Notes: generated by a model not told the origin, from the sequence alone. DNA of 63,879 nt, filler included, from Octopus bimaculoides (GCF_001194135.2; 4 parts of 4 records of this genome joined end to end with filler, not necessarily neighbours in it); one strand, 5' to 3'; shown: positions 49,036 to 61,841, numbered from the whole stretch's first letter. Made by a program: numbers and translations.

Positions 49036-49177
49036 ATGGCAGCCAAGATTAGAATCGCCAGCGATGTGATCAGGCCTTTTAATGGCGAAGGAGATGTGAT
49101 GGCTTGGATGCGAAAAATTAGGCTCGTTGCCAAGCTACAAGGAATAAGTGATGTGGCGAGTCTCATGGCACTATACT
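49036..49177 (+). mobile_element. gag N-terminus of the LTR retrotransposon, truncated by an assembly gap
   Basis: MAAKIRIASDVIRPFNGEGDVMAWMRKIRLVAKLQGISDVASLMALY resembles the PFxGxGDVxxWxxKxxLVAKL...xPLYLEG gag start I recall from invertebrate Gypsy elements. It lies directly after the LTR and PBS. Confidence 0.7.
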
Positions 49178-49277
49178 NNNNNNNNNNNNNNNNNNNNNNN
49201 NNNNNNNNNNNNNNNNNNNNNTTAATTAATTAANNNNNNNNNNNNNNNNNNNNNNNNNNNNNNNNNNNNNNNNNNNN
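49178..49277. other. Assembly join spacer N44-TTAATTAATTAA-N44
   Basis: Same layout; it truncates the gag ORF. Confidence 0.9.
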
Positions 49278-49595
49278 GTCACTACAGTATCGAAATGTGA
49301 TTGTTTCAGTTAGTGGAATAGTTTCATTTTTAAAGTGAAAGTATTTGACATGAGTGTTTTTGTTTCACTTTTGACACGTAATACTTAAATAGTGGAGGAG
49401 ATATTATGTTGCCGTGTGCTCGAACTCTGCAAGAAGTTAATAATTTTTTTTGACTAAAACACAACTGGAACCCTAAGTAAGGCATGTGTAAAATTTGAAT
49501 GAAATTGGTTGCGTAGTTCTCGAGTTTTAGGGATTCACACAGACAGACAGACAGGCAGACAGACAGACACACATTCTCATTTTTATATATATAGA
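49278..49595 (-). mobile_element. Non-autonomous Helitron 5' end (second copy)
   Basis: A|TCTATATATATAAAAATGAGAATGTGTGTCTGTC...; shares TGTTTCACTTTTGACAC and AATAGTGGAGGAGAT with 28985-29494. Confidence 0.7.
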
Positions 49596-50152
49596 TACTG
49601 ATATTCCGAGCGATAACAACTTGCTTTAACTGCTTTAACATTAATGATAAAGCATACGCTCGCGTGTATTTCAGCGGGAAATGAGTAATTTAAATTCAAA
49701 TTTCCATAAAGGAAACTCATATCGTTATGATTTAGTTTCATAAATGATGAATTAACTTTTATGAAAGAATTATACGTTTGCGAAGTCAACTCTCGATCAG
49801 GCCCTGTTCATATTGCACAGTACAATATTTTTTGCCGAATACAAATCTAATTTTTATAAAGTAATATGACATAAATTAAAAGTGCAACGACGATATATAA
49901 TTTAAGTGACAGTTTGCAGTCAGTGAAGTATTAGTGACAGTTGATGTCAAAAATAAACAGTAGCAGTATTCTTTGTTGTGCTGGAAAGAGGTAGTGAATT
50001 TAGTATGATACTACAAGTATAACTTTTGCTGGAATTCACCTTATTTAATGCATGGCCAACACGTAAACGTAAGTTATTTGTGCCTTTACGTTTTAGTGAA
50101 ATCAGTGTCTCGTGTATGTGTGTTTGAAAGAGAGAGTGAGGGAGAGTATCTC

Positions 50153-50271
<119 letters not shown>

Positions 50272-51035
50272 TATATGTGTGTGTGTGTGTGTGTATGAAT
50301 GTAAGTATACTTATAAATATGTGTATGAATTATTCCCTTAGTCTTTTTCTCTGAAAACAATCATTATTCGACGAATTTTTTTTCTATTTAATTGAAACAT
50401 ATTTAAAATTAAAACTGGTTTTAAATGGGAAGACCAGGTAGCATATTTTAAACTAGTTTAAAATACAACTTTGGGAAGTGTTGGGCAGGTGAATATTTTG
50501 CCGTTAATGATAGCCAGAGCCCACACGAATGAAAGGGAGCTGCATGTAACGACGTAAGTAATGTTCATGTTCCTTTAAAGTCAAAATACTATGCGTTAAC
50601 AATAAAAAGTAATCTGACCAACTGTTAAACAATTGGCAACTAAATTTTATACTACTCTCTCACAAGTACACTTGTTATTCGAAACAATTTGACGACTATA
50701 TCAAGGTTGGTCAAGTAATATATCAGGTTTATTTGGTTTTCTTCCAGCAGTCAACCTAATTTTACCTATGATTTTGCTCATTTAATATCTTTTAATATAC
50801 ACTAGCAACAAGGAAAATGCTTTTATTTTGTGGCTATTCTTACAAATAAGCCAGTACTAAAAACACGTGTACAGGTTACTATGCAGGTATATTTACAAGT
50901 TGACTATAAACTAATTAGGTTCTGTTTTTATAATCCATTAGCTTGAAATGTACCTGTTCATATAAGTTTCCTTCTGAAATTTTATACAATAAATATACAT
51001 AGATAAAAAAAAACCCCCAAACGATTACACGCACC

Positions 51036-51089
<54 letters not shown>

Positions 51090-51168
51090 AAACTCCTGTT
51101 TGCTGCTTACATGCCAGTTTGCTCGTCCACAGGTCTTTGTCGTGTATCTCTACTTCTATGTATGTATG

Positions 51169-51202
<34 letters not shown>

Positions 51203-52635
51203 TGTGTGTGTGTGTGTGTGTGTGTATGTGTGTGTATGTGTTTATGTACATATGTAACAAAGGAATGTAAATATGTATAAATATTTCCTTTTTAAGATTA
51301 TTTTAAGTTTTTCGCAGAATTGAAGTCGATCACTAGAAAAGTGAAACAGTTCCAGAGAGTCGTGTATACCGAGAGGTGAATTTGTAGATACACCCGGGTG
51401 TATCTCTAGTTTTACTTGCATTCTCGTAATGGCTATACATGTCTCTTTAGTAAACGAGCGTGTGTGATTACTGTTTGTGTGTGTTTAGGACATAATTGTA
51501 CGTATATTCTTCTATTCTTTTATATGCTTCAGCCCTAAGGCCGTGACCATGCTGGGGCACCGCCCGTGAGTATATGTTCATGATAGGAAAATCAAATGAT
51601 GATCTAAAATCAGATTATGAGCTGTGAGTTCCATATAGAAATTTCCATTTCCATAACTTTATACGAAACATTCACTATCGCTTGGCAGGTAATCTCTACA
51701 ACGTATGACTTTTGTTCTCTGCTTGATAAGACAGGATCAAGTTTGTTCATTTTGTACGGCGTTGCTGATGTATAGGAGAGTTCTATTAGTGTTACTTTTT
51801 TTAAAGTTGTGATTAAATTCTGGTTCTAGTGTGTCTTAAGTATGTTGATCGCGATAATCTTCTTTGCAGATACCATTGTAAATAGTGTTGGCTAGTATGT
51901 ATGTATGTATGTATGTATGTATGTATGTATGTATGTATGTATGTATGTCTGGTGCGGCGTAAAAACGAAAGCGAGTGTGTGTTCGATACAGATAAAATTC
52001 GCTAACTATTAATGTTCACCTGTTGAAAGCTTCGAAGGTTGTCAAGTGAGAATTACAGAATAGGGACAACTCTTATTTATTTATGTTCAACCCCACATAC
52101 TGAGTGGGCCCCCACTCATATGTATGTACGTACATACATACATACATACATACAAACATACAAATTTAGGTATATATGTATGTATGTATGTATGTTCAAA
52201 AGGTGTTGGGATCCAACTGGGTCTTTCATACAAAGTCCCAATTTTTAGCGGGAGGAAGAAGAATTGAAACTCTCTCTCTCTCACACACACACACAAACTG
52301 AAATCTGAAATCTGACAATAACAAGAAATAGTTTTGAACAGTTTGTCTCACCTATGTAGTAGTAGTCGGCGCAAGAGCTCTGCTTTCGCTTCAACTTGAG
52401 AATAGGGTCAACTTCATGCTAGAATCAACTTGTTTGTTTGTTTATGTGCTTGTGTGTGTGTGCGTGCGTGTGCGTGTGTGTGCGCGTGTGTGCGCGCGTG
52501 TGTATTGTTGTGTATGTGTTGTTTCCTTTTCTTCCTTCCTTTCTTTCTCTTTCTCTTTTCTTTCTTTATCCTTCATTCTTTTCCCTCTATTTCTTTATCT
52601 TCCTTCTTTTTCCGGTTTTCCTTTATTTCCTTCTC

Positions 52636-52666
<31 letters not shown>

Positions 52667-52954
52667 GAACACCCCCACCCACACACACACAGATACACAC
52701 AGAGACACACACACTTACGCCCGCATACGCACGCATATACACACAAAAATCTTGACAGTAACTTCGAAGTCTCGTCATACTTGCCTTCATCAGTCTGCCA
52801 ATATATTTATGTTTCAATCGTCGGTTTCGGTCAAAAGAATTACCAACTAATTAGATTAATGTCTCTGTGTATTCTGCAGATATATGTACACTTAAAACAA
52901 TTTCTGACCAGACTTGCCTTACACAATATCTAACAGGGGCGGGCTATTATATGG

Positions 52955-53165
52955 GTTTCACATTTTGGCACAAGGCCAGCAATGTGGAGAAGGAGGTAAT
53001 TCGATTACATCGGCTTAAGTGAACAACTAGTATTTATTTTGCCGACCCCGAAAAGGACGAAAGAGTAAGTGGACTTTGGGAGAATTTGAACCCAGAACGT
53101 TCAAACAGACAAAACGCCACTAAGCATTTTGCCCGGCGTGTTAACGATTCTGCCAGCTAGCCACC
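52955..53165 (-). mobile_element. SINE family B
   Basis: GAATTTGAACCCAGAACG...CTAAGCATTTTGCCCGGCGTGTTAACGATTCTGCCAGCT. Confidence 0.75.
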
Positions 53166-53329
53166 TAGGGAATATCTCAACAAGAGTAAAACCGATAATG
53201 TGTATTGTGAAATTAATTCTAATGATAATTTTCCTGAACTAGATTTCGATTGTTTAAGTCAAAGTAATTCCGACTCTGATAATAACAGCTAGTTTTGATG
53301 CTAATTATAATAGTAATATTCCTGACTTA

Positions 53330-53800
53330 ACGCCTAATTCTGAGAGGAGTACTAGCAGGAATTCTTTTAACCATGAGTACCAAATGCAAGCGAATAAATG
53401 CCTATGTAATTGTAAAAAGAAAATTGTCTGCTCTTTAGAAAATCAGTGTTTAACGAAAAATATAGTTTATCAATGTAAGATAATAACAGGATATAAGCAT
53501 TATTATATCGGCTTATCTGTTACAATTTCGAAATCTAGATTTCATAATCATTCTCATTCATTTAAGTATAGAATAAAAGGCAATTCTACAAATATAACTA
53601 AATGCGTTTGGGATTTAAAAGATAGAAACATTGAGTATGAATTAAAGCGGTCCATTTATTAGCTACACACCATCGCACAATATTGGCAATTCCACGTGAT
53701 CTTTGCCTCGAAGAAATGTATTATATAATTACTTCTAAATTAATTTTGTTAAATTTTAATGGGTATTTTACAATGAATAGTGCCACAAATTTCGGAAGGC
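53330..53800 (+). mobile_element. Penelope-like GIY-YIG endonuclease remnant
   Basis: CNCKKKIVCSLENQCLTKNIVYQC...YYIGLS....KSRFHNH..SFK......ST.ITKCVWDLKDRNIEY. Confidence 0.8.
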
Positions 53801-53954
53801 TTTAAAATATTTCAATTCATAATTAAAATTGCTTTACGTATGTTATATTATAAACATAACTTTTCTAAAAAGTTTACAATATTTGATAAATAGATAACTA
53901 ATTGTCGTGACGTAAAATCTCTATTTCTAATTGTCGTAACGTAGAATTCTTATC

Positions 53955-54159
53955 TTTTACTCTCTTTTACTTGTTTCAGTCATTTGACTGCGGCCATGCT
54001 GGAGCACCGCCTTTAGTCGAGCAAATCGACTCCAGGTCTTATTCTTTGGAAGCCTAGTACTTATTCTATCGGTCTCTTTTGTCGAACCGCTAATTGACGG
54101 GGATGTAAATACACCAGCATCGGTTGTCAAGCGATGTTGGGGGGACAAACACAGACACA

Positions 54160-54196
<37 letters not shown>

Positions 54197-54355
54197 CGGG
54201 CTTCTTTCAGTTTCCGTCTACCAAATCCACTCACAAGGTTTTGGTCGGCCCGAGGCTATAGTAGAAGACACTTGCTCAAGGTGCCACGCAGTGGGACTGA
54301 ACCCAGAACCATGTGGTTAGTAAGCAAGCTACTTACCACACAGCCACTCCCGCAC
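53955..54355 (-). mobile_element. SINE family A, full length with internal (CA)n
   Basis: Colinear with 62446-62803. Confidence 0.85.
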
Positions 54356-54872
54356 CTATGCTTATTCTTTTTTATCCTTTTGTTATCCACTGACGTCACC
54401 AAGAGTTGACAACATAAACAGCTTTTCTTAGATTATATTTCTTCTTAGCGTTCTTTGTGTATGCGCTCGTGTATAGGAAATATTTCCTTAGTTCACCTTG
54501 AATTTAGTTTTGGATCGCCTTAAAAACGTTGTGTTAACATTATTTTTAGAAATACTATTTTCAATGATATTTTCTATATCTAAATATGTTGACACAACAG
54601 AAACAATTTTCGGTTTTGTAAGAAGAATTCTACAATTAAAGATGTGACTTTCTCTATCCGTATTTTGTTCTTAAATACTATGAATTTCTTGAAATTTATC
54701 TAAATGATATTTTGATCTACTTGTCATATATGAGGATTTACCTTGTCATTCAAGAAGATTAACCTTGGGTGTGTGTTCTACATGCATTTACTGGTGTCTG
54801 ATTGTTTGATATAGTTAACCAAATTCATTTAAAGCTGAGTGAATTTGATATCTGCCTGAAGTGTTTTAATCC

Positions 54873-54983
54873 CTTCTTCTTCTTCTTCTTCTTCTTCTTC
54901 TTCTCCTCCTCCTCCTCCTCCTTCTTCTTCTTCTTCTTCTTCTTCTTCTTCTTCTTCTTCTTCTTCTTCTTCTTCTTCTTCTT
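54873..54983. repeat. (TTC)n/(TCC)n microsatellite running into a gap
   Basis: Seen directly. Confidence 0.95.
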
Positions 54984-55312
54984 NNNNNNNNNNNNNNNNN
55001 NNNNNNNNNNNNNNNNNNNNNNNNNNNNNNNNNNNNNNNNNNNNNNNNNNNNNNNNNNNNNNNNNNNNNNNNNNNNNNNNNNNNNNNNNNNNNNNNNNNN
55101 NNNNNNNNNNNNNNNNNNNNNNNNNNNNNNNNNNNNNNNNNNNNNNNNNNNNNNNNNNNNNNNNNNNNNNNNNNNNNNNNNNNNNNNNNNNNNNNNNNNN
55201 NNNNNNNNNNNNNNNNNNNNNNNNNNNNNNNNNNNNNNNNNNNNNNNNNNNNNNNNNNNNNNNNNNNNNNNNNNNNNNNNNNNNNNNNNNNNNNNNNNNN
55301 NATTTGACGTTA

Positions 55313-55356
<44 letters not shown>

Positions 55357-56134
55357 ATTACATACATACATACATACATGTATGTATGTATGTATGTATG
55401 TAATTATATAATTCAAATTTAAACTGAATTGCTACTAGATTTATTATCATTTTAAAGGACAAGGTAATACTTAAAACAGAAAACAATGAAGCAACTGTAA
55501 AAATATTCAAACCTGACCCATTTTGAGTTTCTCAAATATTCAAACCTGACCCATTTTGAGTTTCTCAAATACAGTTGATTTATTTTGAATATGATAATAA
55601 AAGTGCTCTGTCTGTATTTGACATCACCTGATGTAAGTGACAAACGACAGACAGACAGAGAACATCTGTGTGTTCATGCGTGTGCACATACTCACGCACA
55701 AATTTATATAGCTACATAAAAAAGAGTTCAAAGTTTAAAGTCCTATGAGAATGTATATTCTTTTACAATTTAAAACCAGGTCCCATATCCTGTGTAATTC
55801 TGTTTTGCATGAGAAAACATTACATATTCATAAATTAGGAAAATAAAGTCAAAATCACGAATTACTTCCTAGAAAATGGTTCTAGTATTCTTTTTCAGGT
55901 ATTGTAAGTTCTATAAGAACAACAATTGTCAAAATCCCAATGTTATATATATATTGTGTTATCCAATAAATAATGCAGTTTTTTCAATTGCATTAACTAA
56001 AAGTGGAGGGGGATGGGATAAACTATCTACATTAAGTTGCTATAAAAGCAGGTGGCAATTTTACCTTGTCCCTATTCTTAGTGTAAGTCTTGAAGAGTGC
56101 AGTTCGATTTTAACTGTTATTTTTTCAATGCATG

Positions 56135-56358
56135 TTCGGCATATTTCTGTAGATGAGGTCAGAACTGTACTTGAAGAGTATTTTTTGTCACGGTCAAGTG
56201 AATTTTGGAAGAGGGGTCTTGCAAGTATACCAGATAGATGGAAGAGCATTGTATAAAATGAGGGAGAGTATATTTTAGATTAAAAAACTTTCTTTATCTT
56301 AATTTTGAAAAATAAAAGAAGTATAATAAAACCGCATTATTTATGTGATGACCCAATA
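56135..56358 (+). mobile_element. mariner 3' end with TIR
   Basis: DEVRTVLEEYFLSRSSEFWKRGLASIPDRWKSIV*NEGEYILD*, ending ATTATTTATGTGATGACCCAA|TA. Confidence 0.75.
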
Positions 56359-56479
56359 TATATCTGATCATTTATAGAGAAGTGGATCATGTTATTAACA
56401 TTGAAGCCACATTCATAAACAACAGTAATAGCGTTATATGCACTATCATAGCTATTAAAAAATAATAAAAATGTAGTTC

Positions 56480-58465
56480 CTCTGCTTCTGTTTCAAACAT
56501 TTAATTTTGAAAATAATTTTTTGATGAAGTGTAGCTCCATTGCTTTTCGAAATTTTGGGTCATCTCTTGAACATTTGTAAAAGAGAAAGACTTTGAACTT
56601 TCCTTCACCACATATTTCTAGATGCTTGCTCAGTGGAATCTTGCACAGTTCCTCTTGTCGGATCTGTTGTCTGAATTTTGAACGTTTTCAGAGGGAATTG
56701 TTTGTTTCACCAATGTAATCTTCCTTGGAGTTGGGGCAAATAATATAGTATATAAGATTCTGTGTCTTGTACTTCATATCTGCATTTACTTTGAACGAAA
56801 ATCCGCTCTTGAATTTTATGTGGGAACCACTTTCTAAGTATTTAAAGTTCTTGTTGCATGTTCCACATCTGCTATCTCCACGTTCCTTTACGGAGAATTC
56901 TGATTCATTTTCTGATGTGAGGTGTTTTTTGAGACTTTTTGGTTGGCGTCAACTATTTCGTAATGGGTTTTTATCAATCAGATCTTTCATTTTGGGGCTT
57001 TGTAGAAGTATCGGTAGGTTTGATTTTATGGTGTGAAAGATGTTGGCTACCCCAGGATTGTGCGTATTAATAAATAAAATCGTGTGTTCACGTTAATTTT
57101 TTCCTTTGGTGTCCTTAGTTGTGCAATACTAAGCTTTATTGCCTTTTTAATTCCCTCGTTTATTAATCCAAAAGAGTATTTCTGCTTTGATAGGAAGTCT
57201 TTGAGCTCGTTGAGTCGGATTTGACGTATTTTAGGGTCAATCACTATAGTGCAGATACGTCTTGCCATGCTGTATGGGATGTTTCTTTTGATGTGTGAAG
57301 GATGGCAAGAGTAGGATTTCAAATATTGGTGCGTGTCCGTTTTTTGTAAAATATGTCTGTTGTGATTGTGGTGTTGTGTATTTTTATGTGAAAAGCCAAG
57401 AACTGTAACTCATTGCAACTGGATTCTGTCGTGATTTTGATGGATGGGTGAAGTGTGTTGAGTATATTATTAAATGGTTGTAGGTCCTCATCTTATTTGT
57501 CCCAAAAGTTGAAGCAGTCATCGAGGAAGCGTTTCCACTTGTTAATGATGTATTTCTTGTAATCCTGATGAAAGCCTCTCTCTACTTTCTCATAAAGCTT
57601 TCCTTCCAAGTAACCCATGACAAGGTTAGCATATGAGGGTGCAAACTGCGTCACCATAGTTGTACCCTTTAACTGTCAATATGTTTTATTATTGAATCTG
57701 AAGGTGTTTTCATCTAGCACCAGGCGTGTGGCTTTGGTGATGAAATCAGTTTTGAAGCGTTCATTTATCTGTCCTCTATGTTTCTATACCCAGTGTTTGA
57801 CTGCGTGCAGGCTCAAAGTGTGAGGTATATTTGTATAAAGATTGGTGACATCAAAGCTTGTAAGTATGGTACCTTCTGGCACAGTAGGTGGAATGTGCTA
57901 GACGAAATCTATGCCGCCCTGTATATAGCTGAGTATTAAAGGACATAAAGGTTTTAGGAGTATGTAAAAAAAATGACACTTGGTGCTTGAGGTCCAGCAG
58001 CTATTGGTCTCAGTTTGTGGTCAGTAGGTCTTAGTATTTTGATGTATTGGTTCCTCTGCTCATTTATGGCTCTCTGTATTTCGGGGCTTTTGTGGATTTT
58101 GGCTAATCCGTAGAAATTTCTCTCTTTGATTACAGTTGCATAAATAATCTTTCTCTTTGTCTGTGAAGGAATCTTGGTATTCATTAATTAGTGCTTTGAT
58201 TTTATTCGTTATCGCTTTTTCCAGGTGTCTTGGTTCATCCTTGTAGTAGGTTTGGTCTGTTAGGATTTCCATTATTTTATCTTTATAGTAGTTTTTGTCC
58301 ATGATTATTATCGCCCCTCTCTTATCGGCTTCTTTTAGGATGATCGAATTGTCATTCTTCAGTGTTAGCAAGGCTTCTTTTTCTTCTTCACGAAGGTTTT
58401 CTTTGTTTCTACGGGTACTTAGGGGAAATTTCGAAATTGTGTCTATATATGCGTCTAAATGTTTG
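56480..58465 (-). mobile_element. Penelope-like element (RT + GIY-YIG), disrupted
   Basis: IILKEADKRGAIIIMDK..Y; FYGLAKIHKS; SFDVTNLYTNIPH; QLKGTTMVTQFAPSYANLVMGYLE; WKRFLDDCF; HPSHIKRNIPYSMARRIC; ICPNSKEDYIGET. Confidence 0.9.
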
Positions 58466-58504
58466 TCATTCCCGCCAACTTTATGTCTGTATGTACGTGT
58501 GTGT

Positions 58505-58549
<45 letters not shown>

Positions 58550-59016
58550 CATGTGTATATATGTATGCGTGTGGGTACATTTATATGTATGTATTTTGCA
58601 TATTAATGTGTTTGTGTGTTTATGATAATGTATTTGTATGTGTGTGTGTTTGTGTGTGTGTGTATTTGTGTGTGTGTGTATTTGTGTGCACGTGTTTGAG
58701 TGTGTCTATGTGTATGGGGTTATGTCACAATGTACGTGCGTCTGTTATGTATGGATGTGGGTCTCCATATGTGTCCATGTATGTATGTGTGGAGTGTGAA
58801 TGTGTATATATGGTCATTGTTTCCTTCTCCTTTTGTGTACGTATGTATGTGTGTGTGTGCTTGTCTGTCCGTATTACCTATGTACCGATCTACTTATCCA
58901 TCTGTTTACCTACATATCCACTTGCCTACCTATAAATATAGATGTGTTTGTCTGTCCGTATTACCTATGAATCTATCTATCTACTTATCTATCGGTTTAC
59001 CTATATATATATATCC

Positions 59017-59058
<42 letters not shown>

Positions 59059-59229
59059 GCCTACATAACAGCCTATTAACAAATCTACCCGTGTATGTAT
59101 AAACGGTGGGTTTGGGGTATCACTACCTTCTTCTACGTGTCTCTCTTATTCAGTATGAGGGATGTTTTCTTTAGGCGGACGTACTCCTGTATTTGTCTAA
59201 GTGTTGGGTCTTTCGGGTCCTTGGATAAA

Positions 59230-59690
59230 ATGTGGATGCCAAGTAGACCCAGTGTGCCTCCATATTAGTCTTTGGTATGTTGGTAGAGTACGGAGGACTG
59301 TTACTTGTTGTCATATTGTCTCAAATGTTCATTTAATCTCTCCGCCATGTCTCACCGATGTATGTCATGTTCTTGTCTTTACAAGTAGCCTCTATGCTCT
59401 AGACTACATTTCTAGTACCACAGTTAATGCCAGGTTTAATCTTACATAACATGCAGTTCTCATTGGTGCATGTGGTATTCTCAAAGGAGTACGTCCTACA
59501 TAATTGTGATCTTATGGAGCTCACTGGCTTTACAACGATCTTAATGTTGAAATTGATCTCCTTCAGAGCTTTCTTAAATCTTCGGACTTGTTTTACATGG
59601 GTTGTGGCCTCTGCAAACTTGACATTTGTCGGCAGCCTTGTACCATGTGCTCACCTTGTTTGATTTGTCACAGACTCTCTGTATCCCATT
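59230..59690 (-). mobile_element. Penelope-like GIY-YIG remnant (distinct lineage)
   Basis: CTNENCMLCKIKPGINCGTRNVV*SIEATCKDKNMTYIGET. Confidence 0.65.
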
Positions 59691-59973
59691 CTAGTCTTTA
59701 CCTCTGTATCTAGGACAGGTGCCACTGGTTTCATTACATATAATGCTATCTAATCCTATCTTTATGCTCATATCCAGAAAGAAAATCTTGCAAACCAAAT
59801 ACAAAAACGAAATATAAAAATAAAAAAAACGAAAGTAAATGAGTAGAAATTGAATCAGTGAGTGTGTTAATTAATAAGGCATTAAAACGAAATGACTCTC
59901 CCCAGACACAACAGAATATGCTTCAACACACAAATTCACATAAAGAACCTTGCAAACCAAATACGAAAACGAA

Positions 59974-60036
<63 letters not shown>

Positions 60037-60046
60037 GCTGCTGCTG

Positions 60047-60094
<48 letters not shown>
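59974..60094. repeat. Compound (ATT)n(CTG)n(CTA)n microsatellite
   Basis: Seen directly. Confidence 0.95.
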
Positions 60095-60297
60095 TGGCGC
60101 CGAGCTGGCAGAATTGTTAGTACGCTGGACGAAATGCTTAGCGATATTTCGTCCATCGCTACATTCTGAGTTCAAATTTTGCCGAGGTCGACTTTGCCTT
60201 TCATCCTTTCGGGGTCAATAAAATTAAACACTGGGTCGATGTAATCGACTCATCCCCGACCCCAAAATTGCTGTTTTTGTGGCAAAACTTGAAACCA
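60095..60297 (+). mobile_element. SINE family B, near full length
   Basis: GGCGCCGAGCTGGCAGAATTGTTAG...GAGTTCAAATTTTGCCGAGGTCGACTTTGCCTTTCATCCTTTCGGGGTCAATAAA. Confidence 0.85.
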
Positions 60298-60298
60298 T

Positions 60299-60348
<50 letters not shown>

Positions 60349-60544
60349 GGTAGATTGAGGCAAATTTCTACTGCATCACCTGCTACATCTCCGTGTTGCT
60401 GGGGTGTGTACAGCATTGTGTGTTCTTTTTTGCTGTTGGAGTGTGCAAACTCTTCCCGGTACTGTATTGAGTTATTTTTTCCCCTTGAGGTGTAGTGCTG
60501 CCTTTTGTTGTGTTACTGATTGTATTGTGTTGAGTGTGTAATGG

Positions 60545-61841
60545 GATTCTAGGTAAATTCCATTACGGTAAATTCCACTACAGTAAATTTCACTATAGGT
60601 AATATGAATACATTTTAGATCAAATTTTATTGACACATTAAGATTAAAATAATGGCAAGTACATAAAAATAAAGTTATGAAAAAGTTTAATATATTTGAA
60701 GAAAATTCCTTTATGACAAATTGTGTGCAATATTTCTTAAAAATTGTAGAGCGTTTTCAGATTGATAATTCTCAACTAGCTTCTTTGGTCTTTAGTAATA
60801 CATCAGTCATTTGATAGGACTTTTTCCTTTTTGTCGAGTTCCCACGTCGAATGTGTGCAATTTTCGTCTGGCTTAAGCCTTCATCTAACACGATGATATG
60901 AGGCTTCTTTTTTTATCAGGAAGTAGGGCAAATGGCCTGGGTACATATAACCCTCCTATGATGATATGTAGCGTGAAAAGCTGACATCACAAACTAGGAG
61001 ACACCTTAAAAGTCTCATCACAGGCCCAATTTTCAGAACTTTCTAGATCATCCAAGCCTTTTTACTGAAGGAAAAACTAAAATTCTGTCCGAGTCATCAA
61101 TACCACTGTCAAAGGCCAAAAACAAAGACCCATTTTCTAAGTACTTAACTGCATCGGGAATTTCAAACCATGAACGACAAGTTAGAAGTGCTGGGATTCC
61201 TAAAGTATGCTGCCTCCAGTTACGTATGTTACGCGTAAGTCCAGGGATAGTTTGCAACAATGATTGTGCTTCCTCATCGAAATTTTATACAGCAGTAGCT
61301 ATTACCTCCTGTGAAGATACTGTGCCTGTTCTCATTACTTCACTTACCATTGAATTAACTGTCTGTTGGGCATTAGCGTGTGCACTGCTTTCTGAGTGAT
61401 CATGGGAGACGGTGAAAAAATAACTTCTGGTACACTTGAGTTGAAAGTTGTATGTAGTCTAGCCCGGTAACTTTTATGAAAACGTTCACAACGCCAATAT
61501 ATTTTTGTTTTGCTACTGTTAACTCTATTCTTTTCGTCTTTATGATTCTCTTCGTCGCAAAGCATACGTTTGTTCTCTGATGTTATTAATGTTTCCATTG
61601 TTGAGGGTTTGAAAGTTCAAAGTTAAACTGAATAGAAAAAAATTAGCAGTACAGTGAAATTCAGTTAAAAAATGAGTAAAGATGGTATAAACGACTAATT
61701 AGTTAAGAAGTGTGTAACAAGGGCGTGTGTAATTAGTTTTCCATAGACCGTTATTTTCCGAGTGGAATTTACCTTAGTGGAATATACCGCAGTGAATTTT
61801 CCCTGTCATGAAATTTACCGTAGTGGAATTTACCGGTCACG
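60545..61841 (-). mobile_element. Mutator (MULE) element with a FLYWCH-MULE transposase remnant, internally deleted
   Basis: 9-bp direct repeat GTGTAATGG at 60536-44 and 61842-50. Inverted ends are built from GGTAAATTCCACTAC repeats. Remnant reads KIYWRCERFHK..RARLHT (FLYWCH), FLAFDSG..DSDRILVF and FALLPDKKEASY. Confidence 0.85.

Noticed and set aside
55501-55571. CRISPR-like repeat
   Set aside because: Two adjacent copies with no spacers in eukaryotic DNA and no cas genes. No CRISPR array, rRNA or prokaryotic operon is present in the window.
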